From Chloroflexota bacterium (GTDB lineage Bacteria; Chloroflexota; UBA6077; CF-72): 64,000 nt of DNA. Below are positions 7,516 through 16,555 of the stretch, in pieces (the first letter of the stretch is position 1; every line of letters begins with the position of its first letter). The translations under genes were made by a program, and so were the position numbers. The stretch is from contig DATGER010000134.1 in NCBI GenBank assembly GCA_035309865.1, forward strand, positions 5,331-69,330. Reading direction: 5' to 3'. The notes beneath the pieces were generated by a model. That model saw nothing but the letters and a program-made list of their open reading frames with translations. It made no database searches and was not told where the DNA came from.

Positions 7516-10500
7516 GCTGTCGACGACCAGGTTCTCCGCGCCGACCAGGGTGCGGACCTGCGACTCCAGGTCAGGGGTGTCGCGCACCAGGATGTCGGTG
7601 CCCGCCAGTTCGATGCGCCCCCCGGAGCGATCGTGCAGGACCAGCCGAATCTCGTCCGAGCCCGGGAACCGCTCGACCAGACCGTGCAGTTGTTCGAGGA
7701 CGCGCACGCAGGCGTTGTCGTCTTCGCCGCGCGGGATCACCACTCGCAACACGCGCCGCGCGGGCGCCGGCGCCGGCAGCGGCCCGTCTTCGCGCGCAAC
7801 ACCGCTGGACGCACCGACGTTCGGCCCGCCACCGCTGGAGGCACCGACGTTCGCAGCGGTTGGACCTGCCTGTCCAACAACATGGGTACCGTTCGCTGGT
7901 TGGCGTGGTACGCCGTCACTCGCGGCCGGACCCAGTCGTAGCGGCGGCGCCGTCTTTCCGTGCGGCGGACCGGACCACTCGTCGGCGCGGTCGACGACCA
8001 GCTGCGGCCGGTCGCTGCGCGTGTCGACCTTGCCTTCGACGATCAAGATCGCGTCTTCGCGCCACAGCTCGATGCCGCGCTCGTACACGCGCGGGAACAC
8101 GACGGCTTCGATCGTGCCGTGCAGATCCTCCAGCGTCAGCACTGCCATCTGTGACTTCGTCTTCGTCACGATCCGCCGCACGCCGGTGACCAGGCCGGCG
8201 ATCTTGACCCGTTCCCCGCTCAGTTCGGCCGTGAGCTGACTCGTGTCGTGGCTGAGGTCATTCGCGAGCCAGGCGGCCGCCTGCATGAACGGGTGATCGC
8301 CAAACTGGAATCCGAGCACTTCCTTTTCCCACAGGGCACGCTCCCTGGACTGGCTGGGCCCGCTCGCGGCATCCAATGGCACGGCCGCCACGACTGGTTT
8401 CGGCGCCAGCGATTCAACGCCGCCGACCAGGTCGAACAGGCTGACCTGTCCCGTGCTGGCCGCCTTCTGGTCGATCTGCGCCGCGGCGATGGCCGAGTCG
8501 AGGCGCTTGCTGTCGAGCAGGGCCTCGCGCTGGCCAAGTGCGTCCAGCGCGCCGCACTTGGCCAACGACTCGATGACCCGCTTGTTGATCGTGTGCAGGT
8601 CCTGACGCCGGCAGAACTCTTCCAGGCTGGTGTACGGACCGCTGGCCAAACGCTCGCTCACGATCTGCTCGACCGCCCCTTCGCCGACATTCTTGACCGC
8701 GGCCAACCCGAACCGGATGCCGCCGCTGGCTTCGACGCGGAAGGCGAGCGCAGAGGCGTTCACATCCGGCGGCAGCAGCGCGACGCCGACCCGGCGGCAC
8801 TCACCCACCACGCCGACGACTTTCTCTGTATCCCCGGCGATCGTGCTCAACACCGCGGCGAACCACTCGGCCGGGTAGTTCGCTTTGAAGTAGGCCGTCT
8901 GATACGCGACGAGCGCATAACAGTAGGCATGCGCCTTGCCGAAGGCATAGCCAGCGAATGGTTGCAGCAGCTCCCAGACGCGCTCGGCGGTGTTCGCCGA
9001 ATAGCCGTGTGACAGGACGGCCTGCATGAACTTCGGCCCTTCGTGGGCCATGACTTCTCGGTCCTTCTTGCCCATCGCGCGGCGCAGCACGTCGGCCTGG
9101 CCCAGGCTGTAGCCCGCCAACTTGCGCACCACCTCGAGGACCTGATCCTGATACACGATGATCCCGTAGGTCTCTTCGAGCACGTCGGCCAGCGACGGAT
9201 CGGGCGGGACGGGCGGCTCGCGGCCGTCGCGGCGCGCGATGTAGCTCGGGATGTGCGCCATCGGGCCGGGCCGGTACAGCGCGACCAGTGCCGCCAGGTG
9301 GCCGAGGGTGCTGGGTTGCAGCTCCTGGACACTGCGCGTCATGCCGCCGCCTTCAAGCTGGAAGACGGTCCGCGTCTCGCCGCGACTGAGCATGGCGTAG
9401 GTGGTGGCATCGTCGAGTGGCAGCCTGGCGAGGTCGAGCTCGATGCCCGTCCTGGCCTTGACGTTGTCGAGGGCCTTGGACAGCATCGTCAGGTTCGCCA
9501 GCCCCAGGAAATCCATCTTGAGCAGGCCAATCTTGTCCAGGACCTTCATGTCGTACTGGGTCATGGCGCTCTCGCCGCGCGTGGCGCGCTGCAGGGGCAC
9601 ATAGTTGATCAGCGGCTGGTCGGCGACGACCACGCCGGCCGCGTGCGTGCCGGCGTTGCGGGCCACGCCTTCGACGCTCTGGGCGGTCTTGATCAACCGC
9701 TGGATGTGCGGCTGACCGTCGTACAGGGTTTTCAGCTCCTGGCTCTGTTCGAGCGCGTCGGCGATCTTCAAACCAATCGGGATCTGGGGGATGAGCTTGG
9801 CGACCCGGTCGACCTCGTTCAACGGCAGGTCAAGTGCGCGGCCCACATCGCGAATGGCGGCCCGCGCCTGGAGACGGCCAAACGTGATGATCTGCGCCAC
9901 GCGATCGGAGCCGTACTTGTCGATCACGTACTGGATGACTTCGTCCCGACGGTCATCGGCGAAGTCCATGTCGATGTCGGGCATCTGAATGCGCTCGGGG
10001 TTCAGGAACCGCTCGAACGCGATGCCGTACTTCACGGGGTCGAGGTCGGCAATCCCCAGGCAGTACACGATGATGCTGCCCGCCGCGGAGCCGCGCGGAC
10101 CGCACGGTATCCCGCGCTGGCGGGCCCACGCGACGAAGTCCCACACGAACAGGATGTAGGCCGCAAAGCCCGTCTTCTCGACGACCTCGAGCTCGTACTG
10201 CAGCCGCTGGCGGTGCTCGGCCGTGAGCCCGGCGCCATAGCGGCGCACCAGCCCCTCGTTGCACGTCCGGGTCAGGAATTCTTGCGGCGTCTGGCCGGCC
10301 GGGACGAGGTGGTCCAGAGTCGGAAAGCTGAGGCGACCGAACTCGAGTTGCACGTCGCACTGCTCGGCGATGGCCACCGTGTTGCGCAGCGCATCCGGGA
10401 GATGTCCAAAGAGTTGCCACATTTCGGCCGGCGACTTCAGGTAGAAGGCCTCGGGCTGCATGCGCATCCGCTTGGGATCTTCGAAGTTGCTGTTGGTCTG

Positions 10501-11313
10501 GATGCAGAGCAGGATGTCCTGAGCGGGGGCCTGATGCTGCAGGGCGTAGTGGGTGTCGTTGGTCACGACCAGCGGGATGCCCAGTTGCTGGTGCAACTCC
10601 AGCAGCCCGGCGTTGACGACCTGATCGTCGGGATTGCCGTGGTCCTGCAGCTCGAGGTAGTAGTCCCTGCCGAACACTTCGCGGTACCAGCCGGCCGCCT
10701 CGCGAGCCCGATTCGGGTCACTGTCGAGGATGGCCCGCGAGGGTTCGCCGCTGTAGCACGCGCTGAGCGCGATCAACCCGGCCGCGTGCTCGGCAAGCAG
10801 CGCACGGTCGATGCGCGGCTTGTAGTAGTAGCCCTCGAGGCTGGCGCGCGACACCAGCTTGATCAAGTTGTGGTACCCCTCGAGGTTCTTGGCCAGCAGC
10901 ACCAGGTGGAAGTAGTTGCGGTCCTGATTGCCAACCTTGTCGGACATGCCGCGCGGACTGACGTACGTCTCGACGCCGAGGATGGGCTTGATACCGGCGG
11001 CTTTCGCGTGCGAGTAGAAGTCGACGGCGCCGTACATGTTGCCGTGGTCGGTCAACGCGACGGCACGCATGCCGGTGCGCTTGACCGCGTCGACGACGTG
11101 TCTGACGGGCGACAGGCCGTCGAGTAGCGAGAACTCGCTATGGACGTGCAGGTGGACGAAGTCGTGCGTCGGCTCGGCCGGCGGTGGCTCAGGGCCCGCG
11201 GGGGCGGGTTCATCTTCAACCGGGTCGTACGCCTGGAGATCGCCCTCAGCGTCCTCGTCCCACCAGGCGCGCACATTCTCGAGCGGGTCAGCAACAGTCA
11301 CGGCTGGCACCAA
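7483..11313 (-). CDS. dnaE: DNA polymerase III subunit alpha
   Basis: 1276 aa. PHP domain HLHVHSEFSLLDG, polymerase core (MPDIDMDF, GLLKMDFLGL), HhH and OB-fold regions. Has an acidic N-terminal extension and a Gly/Ser/Ala-rich linker before the C-terminal domain. Confidence 0.95.
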   Translation of the reverse strand: MVPAVTVADPLENVRAWWDEDAEGDLQAYDPVEDEPAPAGPEPPPAEPTHDFVHLHVHSEFSLLDGLSPVRHVVDAVKRTGMRAVALTDHGNMYGAVDFYSHAKAAGIKPILGVETYVSPRGMSDKVGNQDRNYFHLVLLAKNLEGYHNLIKLVSRASLEGYYYKPRIDRALLAEHAAGLIALSACYSGEPSRAILDSDPNRAREAAGWYREVFGRDYYLELQDHGNPDDQVVNAGLLELHQQLGIPLVVTNDTHYALQHQAPAQDILLCIQTNSNFEDPKRMRMQPEAFYLKSPAEMWQLFGHLPDALRNTVAIAEQCDVQLEFGRLSFPTLDHLVPAGQTPQEFLTRTCNEGLVRRYGAGLTAEHRQRLQYELEVVEKTGFAAYILFVWDFVAWARQRGIPCGPRGSAAGSIIVYCLGIADLDPVKYGIAFERFLNPERIQMPDIDMDFADDRRDEVIQYVIDKYGSDRVAQIITFGRLQARAAIRDVGRALDLPLNEVDRVAKLIPQIPIGLKIADALEQSQELKTLYDGQPHIQRLIKTAQSVEGVARNAGTHAAGVVVADQPLINYVPLQRATRGESAMTQYDMKVLDKIGLLKMDFLGLANLTMLSKALDNVKARTGIELDLARLPLDDATTYAMLSRGETRTVFQLEGGGMTRSVQELQPSTLGHLAALVALYRPGPMAHIPSYIARRDGREPPVPPDPSLADVLEETYGIIVYQDQVLEVVRKLAGYSLGQADVLRRAMGKKDREVMAHEGPKFMQAVLSHGYSANTAERVWELLQPFAGYAFGKAHAYCYALVAYQTAYFKANYPAEWFAAVLSTIAGDTEKVVGVVGECRRVGVALLPPDVNASALAFRVEASGGIRFGLAAVKNVGEGAVEQIVSERLASGPYTSLEEFCRRQDLHTINKRVIESLAKCGALDALGQREALLDSKRLDSAIAAAQIDQKAASTGQVSLFDLVGGVESLAPKPVVAAVPLDAASGPSQSRERALWEKEVLGFQFGDHPFMQAAAWLANDLSHDTSQLTAELSGERVKIAGLVTGVRRIVTKTKSQMAVLTLEDLHGTIEAVVFPRVYERGIELWREDAILIVEGKVDTRSDRPQLVVDRADEWSGPPHGKTAPPLRLGPAASDGVPRQPANGTHVVGQAGPTAANVGASSGGGPNVGASSGVAREDGPLPAPAPARRVLRVVIPRGEDDNACVRVLEQLHGLVERFPGSDEIRLVLHDRSGGRIELAGTDILVRDTPDLESQVRTLVGAENLVVDSSATDGSLVRR

Positions 11314-11405
11314 TGGTAGGGCTCAAGCCAGGGTCCGAGGCGGACTTTGTGATGGCCCGGCCTGACTCGGCCGTCGCGGGCGGGTTTCGGCCGCGCGGCC
11401 AGGAC

Positions 11406-11943
11406 TCAGTCCAGCGGCACGCGGACGCTCGCGCCCTGGAGCGCGAGCGGATTGGACAGCGAGAAGAACGCGCCAACGGTGCGCACGTAGTGGGCCCGCT
11501 CGAACGCCGCCGGCTCGGCGACGTGCACCTGACTCATGCTGCCGCGCAGCTGCGCGCCCGTCGCCGCGAAGTCCGCCGCAACGCGGGTGTAGAGGATCGC
11601 AATCCAACGCAGCGGCAGGCGCAACGCCGCACCATCACCACTCCGACTGATCATCGGACGGTCGATGCGATCTCGGTCGGTACGTCGTGGGCGAACCAAC
11701 GTCGCGCGCCGACACGGCGTGCGCCGCCCGGATGTGCCCGCCGACGATCCAGCCGGGGTGACCCAGGACCTCGACTTTCCCTGCCGCCTCGACCGTGCTC
11801 CGCATGACGCCATCCGACGCGTACATGCCGCCCGCCAGCGCGAACGAGCGCGAACTCGATGAATTTGGCGCGGACGACGCCAGCGGCGATCAGCCGTCCG
11901 TGACCCCTGTGCCCGGCTGGGTGGTAGTCTCGGTGCTCGACAT
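11406..11943 (-). pseudogene. Unidentified gene apparently broken across three reading frames (or several small overlapping ORFs)
   Basis: High third-position GC switches frame. ATG 11943 is followed by an in-frame TGA at 11890-11892. The same frame continues as ...FALAGGMYASDGVMRSTVEAAGKVEVLGHPGWIVGGHIRAAHAVSARDVG to about 11690. Coding signal then moves to the frame ending at 11406 (...LRWIAILYTRVAADFAATGAQLRGSMSQVHVAEPAAFERAHYVRTVGAFFSLSNPLALQGASVRVPLD). No family recognised. Confidence 0.35.
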
Positions 11944-12016
11944 AGCCGTATTTGTTAGCTGATCGTCGCCGATTCGTGGCGCCGCGGCAAGTAGGCTTCA
12001 CAGGGAGCACCTATCT

Positions 12017-13666
12017 ATGGCCACCACCTCCAATCAAGTCAGCCATGCGCGGCTCACCCAGTTGCCGGCCTGGCGCGCGCTTTCCGAGCATTTCGGCCAG
12101 ATCAAAGACGTGCATCTGCGCCAGCTGTTCGCCGACGACCCGCGGCGTGGCGAGCGACTTGCGACCGAAGGCGTCGGGCTGTACCTCGACTATTCCAAGC
12201 AGCGTGTCACCGACGAAACCCTGCGCTTACTGGTGCGTCTTGCCGCGGCCCGCGGATTGAGAGCGTCCATCGACGCGATGTATTCGGGCGAAGCGATCAA
12301 CACCACTGAAGGCCGCGCCGTCCTGCACACCGCGCTGCGCGCGCCGCGCGACGCGCACATCCTGGTCGATGGCCACGACATTGTGCCTGACGTCCACGCC
12401 GTGCTCGACCGCATGGCCGCGTTCGCCGAACGCGTGCGCCGCGGCCAGTGGACCGGTCACACGGGCAAACCGATTCGCAACGTGGTGAATATCGGTATCG
12501 GCGGGTCGGACCTCGGCCCGGTGATGGCCTACGAAGCGCTGCGGTACTACGCGCAGCGCGACCTGACCTTCCGGTTCGTTTCGAACGTCGACGCCACCGA
12601 CTTCGTGGAGTCCACCCGCGATCTGGATCCGGCGGAGACGCTGTTCATCGTGGTCTCGAAGACGTTCACCACCCTCGAAACGATGACCAACGCGAACTCC
12701 GCTCGGGCCTGGACCGTGGCGGCCCTGGGCAGTGAAGCGGCAGTTGGGCGGCACTTCGTCGCGGTGTCCACGAATGCCGAAGGCGTCCGTGAGTTCGGCA
12801 TCGACGCCGAGAACATGTTCGGCTTCTGGGACTGGGTTGGTGGCCGCTACTCGATGGATGCGGCCGTCGGTCTGTCGACCATGCTGGCGGTCGGCCCGGA
12901 GGCGTTTCGTGAGCTGCTCGCCGGCTTTCACGCGATGGATGAGCACTTCCGGACCACACCCCTGGCGGAGAACCTGCCGGTGCTCATGGGCATGCTCGCG
13001 GTCTGGTATGCGGACTTCTTCGGCGCGCAGACAGTCGCCGTGCTGCCGTATGACCAGTATCTGAAGCGATTTCCGGCGTACCTGCAGCAGCTGACGATGG
13101 AAAGCAACGGCAAGCGCGTCACGCTGGACGGAGCGCCGGTCGACTACGAGACCGGCGCCATCTACTGGGGCGAGCCTGGCACCAACGGGCAGCACTCGTT
13201 TTACCAGCTGATCCACCAGGGCACCCGGCTGGTGCCGTGCGACTTTATCGGCTTCTACCACGGCGTGAACCCACTCGGTGCACATCACGACCTGCTGATG
13301 GCCAACGTCTTTGCCCAGAGCGAAGCGCTGGCGTTTGGCAAGACCGCCGAGGAAGTGCGCGCCGAAGGGACTCCGGACTGGCTGGTGCCGCACCGCACGT
13401 TCCCGGGCAACCGACCGTCCAGCACGATCCTGGCCGACCGGTTGACGCCGCACACCCTGGGCGTGTTGGTGGCGCTGTACGAGCACAGTGTCTTCGTGCA
13501 GGGCGCCATCTGGGACATCGACTCGTTCGACCAGTGGGGAGTGGAGCTGGGCAAGGTCCTCGCGCAACGCATCGTGCCCGAGCTCTCGGCGTCCGTCGAG
13601 GCGCCACTCGCCCATGACTCATCAACGGCCACGCTGATCCGCCGCTATCGCCAGCACCGCGCATGA
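12017..13666 (+). CDS. pgi: Glucose-6-phosphate isomerase
   Basis: 549 aa. [24 protein letters not shown] and [18 protein letters not shown] motifs. Confidence 0.95.
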   Translation: MATTSNQVSHARLTQLPAWRALSEHFGQIKDVHLRQLFADDPRRGERLATEGVGLYLDYSKQRVTDETLRLLVRLAAARGLRASIDAMYSGEAINTTEGRAVLHTALRAPRDAHILVDGHDIVPDVHAVLDRMAAFAERVRRGQWTGHTGKPIRNVVNIGIGGSDLGPVMAYEALRYYAQRDLTFRFVSNVDATDFVESTRDLDPAETLFIVVSKTFTTLETMTNANSARAWTVAALGSEAAVGRHFVAVSTNAEGVREFGIDAENMFGFWDWVGGRYSMDAAVGLSTMLAVGPEAFRELLAGFHAMDEHFRTTPLAENLPVLMGMLAVWYADFFGAQTVAVLPYDQYLKRFPAYLQQLTMESNGKRVTLDGAPVDYETGAIYWGEPGTNGQHSFYQLIHQGTRLVPCDFIGFYHGVNPLGAHHDLLMANVFAQSEALAFGKTAEEVRAEGTPDWLVPHRTFPGNRPSSTILADRLTPHTLGVLVALYEHSVFVQGAIWDIDSFDQWGVELGKVLAQRIVPELSASVEAPLAHDSSTATLIRRYRQHRA

Positions 13667-13765
13667 CCCGCACACAGCGCCCTCCCTGTGCGCAGCTCGG
13701 TGTCACGTTGTCGAAGGACGACCAAACATGACCCTCCCTCCGGGGAGTGAGCGAAGCGATGCGGG
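13667..13765. repeat. Inverted pair of the dispersed repeat core
   Basis: Degenerate left arm cccgcacacagcgccctccct (13667-13687) and right arm ggggagtgagcgaagcgatgcggg (13742-13765), between pgi and the next gene. Confidence 0.5.
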
Positions 13766-13781
13766 CGGGCCACGGCCGCGC

Positions 13782-14165
13782 ATGACCAGAGTGGCCCTGG
13801 CGCCCTGGCGGCTCGCCGTCGCCGTGCTGCTCGCGCTCGCGGTCCTGGCGCTGATCATCGCGGTGGCGGTGTGGCTGGCGATCGCCCTGGCGGTTGTCGG
13901 CGCCATCCTGTGGCTCAACCTGGTGCTGATCCCGCGCCTGGCGGCCCGCCTGCACGCGCCGCGGCTGGTGCTGGAACTGATCCTGCTGCCGCTGTTCGCC
14001 GGCGCCGGCTGGGCCATCGGCGGACCAACCGGCGCCGGGCTCGGCGCCACTGCCTGGCTGGCCGGTATCGCCGTGCCGCGGCTAATCGGCCGCCGCCTGC
14101 GCGCCCGTCAACGGCGTGCCGCACCGCCGGGCAGGATCATCGTCGTCGACCGTCTCACCGACTGA
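13782..14165 (+). CDS. Small hydrophobic membrane protein, unknown function
   Basis: The ORF track starts at 13728, but the first 18 codons are the repeat element. Internal ATG 13782 gives MTRVALAPWRLAVAVLLALAVLALIIAV..., with 3-4 predicted TM helices. Confidence 0.5.
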   Translation: MTRVALAPWRLAVAVLLALAVLALIIAVAVWLAIALAVVGAILWLNLVLIPRLAARLHAPRLVLELILLPLFAGAGWAIGGPTGAGLGATAWLAGIAVPRLIGRRLRARQRRAAPPGRIIVVDRLTD

Positions 14166-14982
14166 GCGCCGCCTGTCGGCGGACGGCCTCGCGCCAGCGG
14201 AACCACAGGATGGCCAGCCCGGCGACTCCAACAGCCCCCTGGCTGAGTAAGACGTTGAGCTCCTGACCGGTCATGATCCCGACAACTGGCGGCAGACCGT
14301 CCCACAGCCCGTGCAACACGACCACCGTGAGATACGCGCCAACCACCGCGCGGTCGAGCCGAAATCGGCTGGGGCGACTCTCGCGGAACATGACGCTTGC
14401 GAGGATCGCGGTCCACGTGCCGTGTCCGACCGGTGACAGCAGCCCGCGCAGCAACGTGACCAGCACCAGGGCGCTCAGGCTTCCACCGCTTTCGATGAAT
14501 GCCGTGAACACGTAGCCGCTGCTCTCCAGCGCGGCGAATCCCATGCCGGCTGCGCCGCCCAGGATGATGCCGTCGATCTCAGCGTCATGGCGGTGATGAC
14601 GGGCGACGACCAGGACGCCCAGAATCTTGGCGAACTCCTCGATCAACCCCACCTCGAATGCGGACAGCACCGTCAACCGGCGTATGAACACCGGTTCGAG
14701 CAGCGCCGCGGCGAAGACGCCGAGTACGCCACCGTAGAAGAACGCGCGTGCCGTACTGACCAACGTGACCCGGCTCAGGTGCCGGCGTTCATAGAAAAAC
14801 GCCACGTAACTGACCGGCACCACGAAATTGCCGATCAGTGCCGCGGTCGGGAACAGATTCGGGTTGCCAGTCACGGCAAACACCACCACGGCCAGGACGA
14901 ACAGCCCCAGCCCGACGAGCAAGATACGCCACCAGCCACTGGTGCCGGACGCCACCGGAGAGGCGACGACAGCGGGGCCCAT
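14155..14982 (-). CDS. PrsW family intramembrane metalloprotease
   Basis: Multiple TM helices with GLIEEFAKILG (EExxK) and SPVGHGTWTAI (HxxxT/N) PrsW signatures. The ORF extends to 15078, but that overlaps the divergent neighbour's start. ATG 14982 or 15042 is more plausible. Confidence 0.8.
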   Translation of the reverse strand: MGPAVVASPVASGTSGWWRILLVGLGLFVLAVVVFAVTGNPNLFPTAALIGNFVVPVSYVAFFYERRHLSRVTLVSTARAFFYGGVLGVFAAALLEPVFIRRLTVLSAFEVGLIEEFAKILGVLVVARHHRHDAEIDGIILGGAAGMGFAALESSGYVFTAFIESGGSLSALVLVTLLRGLLSPVGHGTWTAILASVMFRESRPSRFRLDRAVVGAYLTVVVLHGLWDGLPPVVGIMTGQELNVLLSQGAVGVAGLAILWFRWREAVRRQAALSR

Positions 14983-15076
14983 TACGATGCGATCACCTGC
15001 GACACGGGAGGCCGGCTGACAGGATAGCGCCGCGGAACGCATCGGCGATCGCCAGGTGGAGTAAAAGAACAGCACC

Positions 15077-16417
15077 ATGGCACTTGCAGCTCACCCGACG
15101 TCGCGCCTGGACCGCGCGACCCTTGGCATTCCCGATGAGCGGGCGCGCTATCTCATCCAGTGTGAAATCGTGCTCAAGAAGATCGACGCACTCTTGCTGC
15201 CGTTGATGCGCCGGCACCAGATCGACATGTGGATCACGCTCGACCGCGAGTACAACCCCGATCCATTTGCCGACGAGCTCGCGGGCCAGGGCGGCGTCCG
15301 CAACGCGCACATCTTCTTTGACTCAGGCGACCGCCTGGAAAAGGTGTTCATCTTTTCGCACCCACCCCGGGCGGACCTCGCGCCGCGGCTGTACGACGAG
15401 CTGATCCACTACGGGTACCGACCGGAGGGCCTGCGGCCGTATCTCGCCGACGCCGTCCAGAAGCGTCAGCCGCGGCGCATCGGCCTGAACATGTCGCCGA
15501 CGCTGCCCATGGCCGACGGGCTCACCGTGTCGCTCAAGCGCTACCTGGATGACGCCATCGGACCGGAGCTCGCGGCTCGCGAAGTCTCGGCTGAGCTCCT
15601 GCAGCGCGACTTTCGCACCACTCGCATCCCTGAAGAAACCGCGACGTATCGCACGCTAGTCGAGTGGACGACGGTCTGGGAAGAAGAGGGTCTGAGTCGA
15701 TTGGCAATCACGCCCGGAGTCACGACGCCGGACGACGTGCACTGGTGGTGGCGCGACAAGGCGAAGGAGATCGGCCTCGACATTTGCTCTTTCTTACCCG
15801 GCCTGCGGATCATGCGCAACGGCCAGATCATTGAGTCCAACGACCCGCACACGCCGATCGAAGCGGGCGACTGCCTGAGCATCGACGCCGGCCTGCAGTT
15901 CTTGCACTTTCAGACGGACATGAAGCGCAGCGCGTACGTCCTCCGCCCGGGCGAGACGGCCGCGCCGCGGGGGATGCTAAAGGCGCTCGCGGCGGCGAAC
16001 GCCGTCACCGACCGGCTGATCGCGAACATGCAGCCCGGCCGACTCGGCCACGAGGTGTGGAGTATGACGATGGCCGCCCTGAACGAGGACGGCTACGAGA
16101 CGGCGTATGCGATGGGCAGCGCGGCCGGCCCAACCACGCCGGAGGTCGGCATCTACTGCCACTCCGTCGGCACGTCGGTGCACGATATCGGTGCCCGCAC
16201 GGCGGAGAACAATCCGCATGCCTTCGGCGATCGGGTCGGCTATCCGCTTGCGCTCGACAACTGGTACTCGATCGAGCACCACACTGCGACGCCGATCGCC
16301 GAATGGGACTACCGCACGTTGCGCGTGAACACCGAGGAAGATTCGATGCTGACTGAGCGCGGCATCGAGTTCTTCGTCCCGCGCCAGACGGAGTGGCTGC
16401 TTATTCCGTCGGACTGA
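15077..16417 (+). CDS. M24 family metallopeptidase (Xaa-Pro aminopeptidase/creatinase fold)
   Basis: 446 aa. The C-terminal pita-bread region has IEAGDCLSIDAG, HSVGTSVHD and NWYSIEHH...NTEED metal-ligand-like motifs. Confidence 0.7.
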   Translation: MALAAHPTSRLDRATLGIPDERARYLIQCEIVLKKIDALLLPLMRRHQIDMWITLDREYNPDPFADELAGQGGVRNAHIFFDSGDRLEKVFIFSHPPRADLAPRLYDELIHYGYRPEGLRPYLADAVQKRQPRRIGLNMSPTLPMADGLTVSLKRYLDDAIGPELAAREVSAELLQRDFRTTRIPEETATYRTLVEWTTVWEEEGLSRLAITPGVTTPDDVHWWWRDKAKEIGLDICSFLPGLRIMRNGQIIESNDPHTPIEAGDCLSIDAGLQFLHFQTDMKRSAYVLRPGETAAPRGMLKALAAANAVTDRLIANMQPGRLGHEVWSMTMAALNEDGYETAYAMGSAAGPTTPEVGIYCHSVGTSVHDIGARTAENNPHAFGDRVGYPLALDNWYSIEHHTATPIAEWDYRTLRVNTEEDSMLTERGIEFFVPRQTEWLLIPSD

Positions 16418-16421
16418 GCGT

Positions 16422-16540
16422 CCCGGATCGCTTCGCTCGCTCCGTTGCGATTCTCAAGGGAGGGAAGGTCACGCGCGTCGTGTCACGCACCAGCATGCGG
16501 ATTATCGGTCCCTGAAAGGGAGCGAGCGCAGCGATGCGGC
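16422..16540. repeat. Inverted pair of the dispersed repeat core at a convergent gene junction
   Basis: Left arm cccggatcgcttcgctcgctcc (16422-16443) and right arm gggagcgagcgcagcgatgcggc (16518-16540). About 21 bp of complementarity with 2 mismatches and a ~74-nt spacer. Confidence 0.7.
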
Positions 16541-16555
16541 CGGCGGAATGCTCGC

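Noticed and set aside
9043-11127. 694-aa plus-strand ORF antisense to dnaE. Similar long antisense or alternative-frame ORFs include 12227..13615, 16445..17725, 42286..43320, 46118..47509, 46993..47760, 52163..53713 and 56705..58519.
   Set aside because: They are typical high-GC shadow ORFs. The translations are Arg/Ala/Gly/Pro/His-rich with no recognisable motifs, whereas the opposite strand or frame encodes proteins with clear family signatures (DnaE, Pgi, CoA-transferase, PepN, sigma factor, LarA-like, ABC components).
11635-11826. Assignment of the disrupted ORF to the LamB/YcsF (PxpA) family, based on ALAGGMYASDG...VLGHPGW resembling ANIACGFHAGD...IGAHPGYP.
   Set aside because: The similarity is limited to a few residues. 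The diagnostic N-terminal DLNxDLGEG motif is absent, and the remaining C-terminal sequence is far too short and unlike PxpA.
11890-11892. In-frame TGA in the disrupted ORF as a possible selenocysteine codon.
   Set aside because: There is no SECIS-like hairpin immediately downstream, no Cys/Sec-type redox motif context, and additional frame changes follow. A simple nonsense mutation or pseudogene is more parsimonious.
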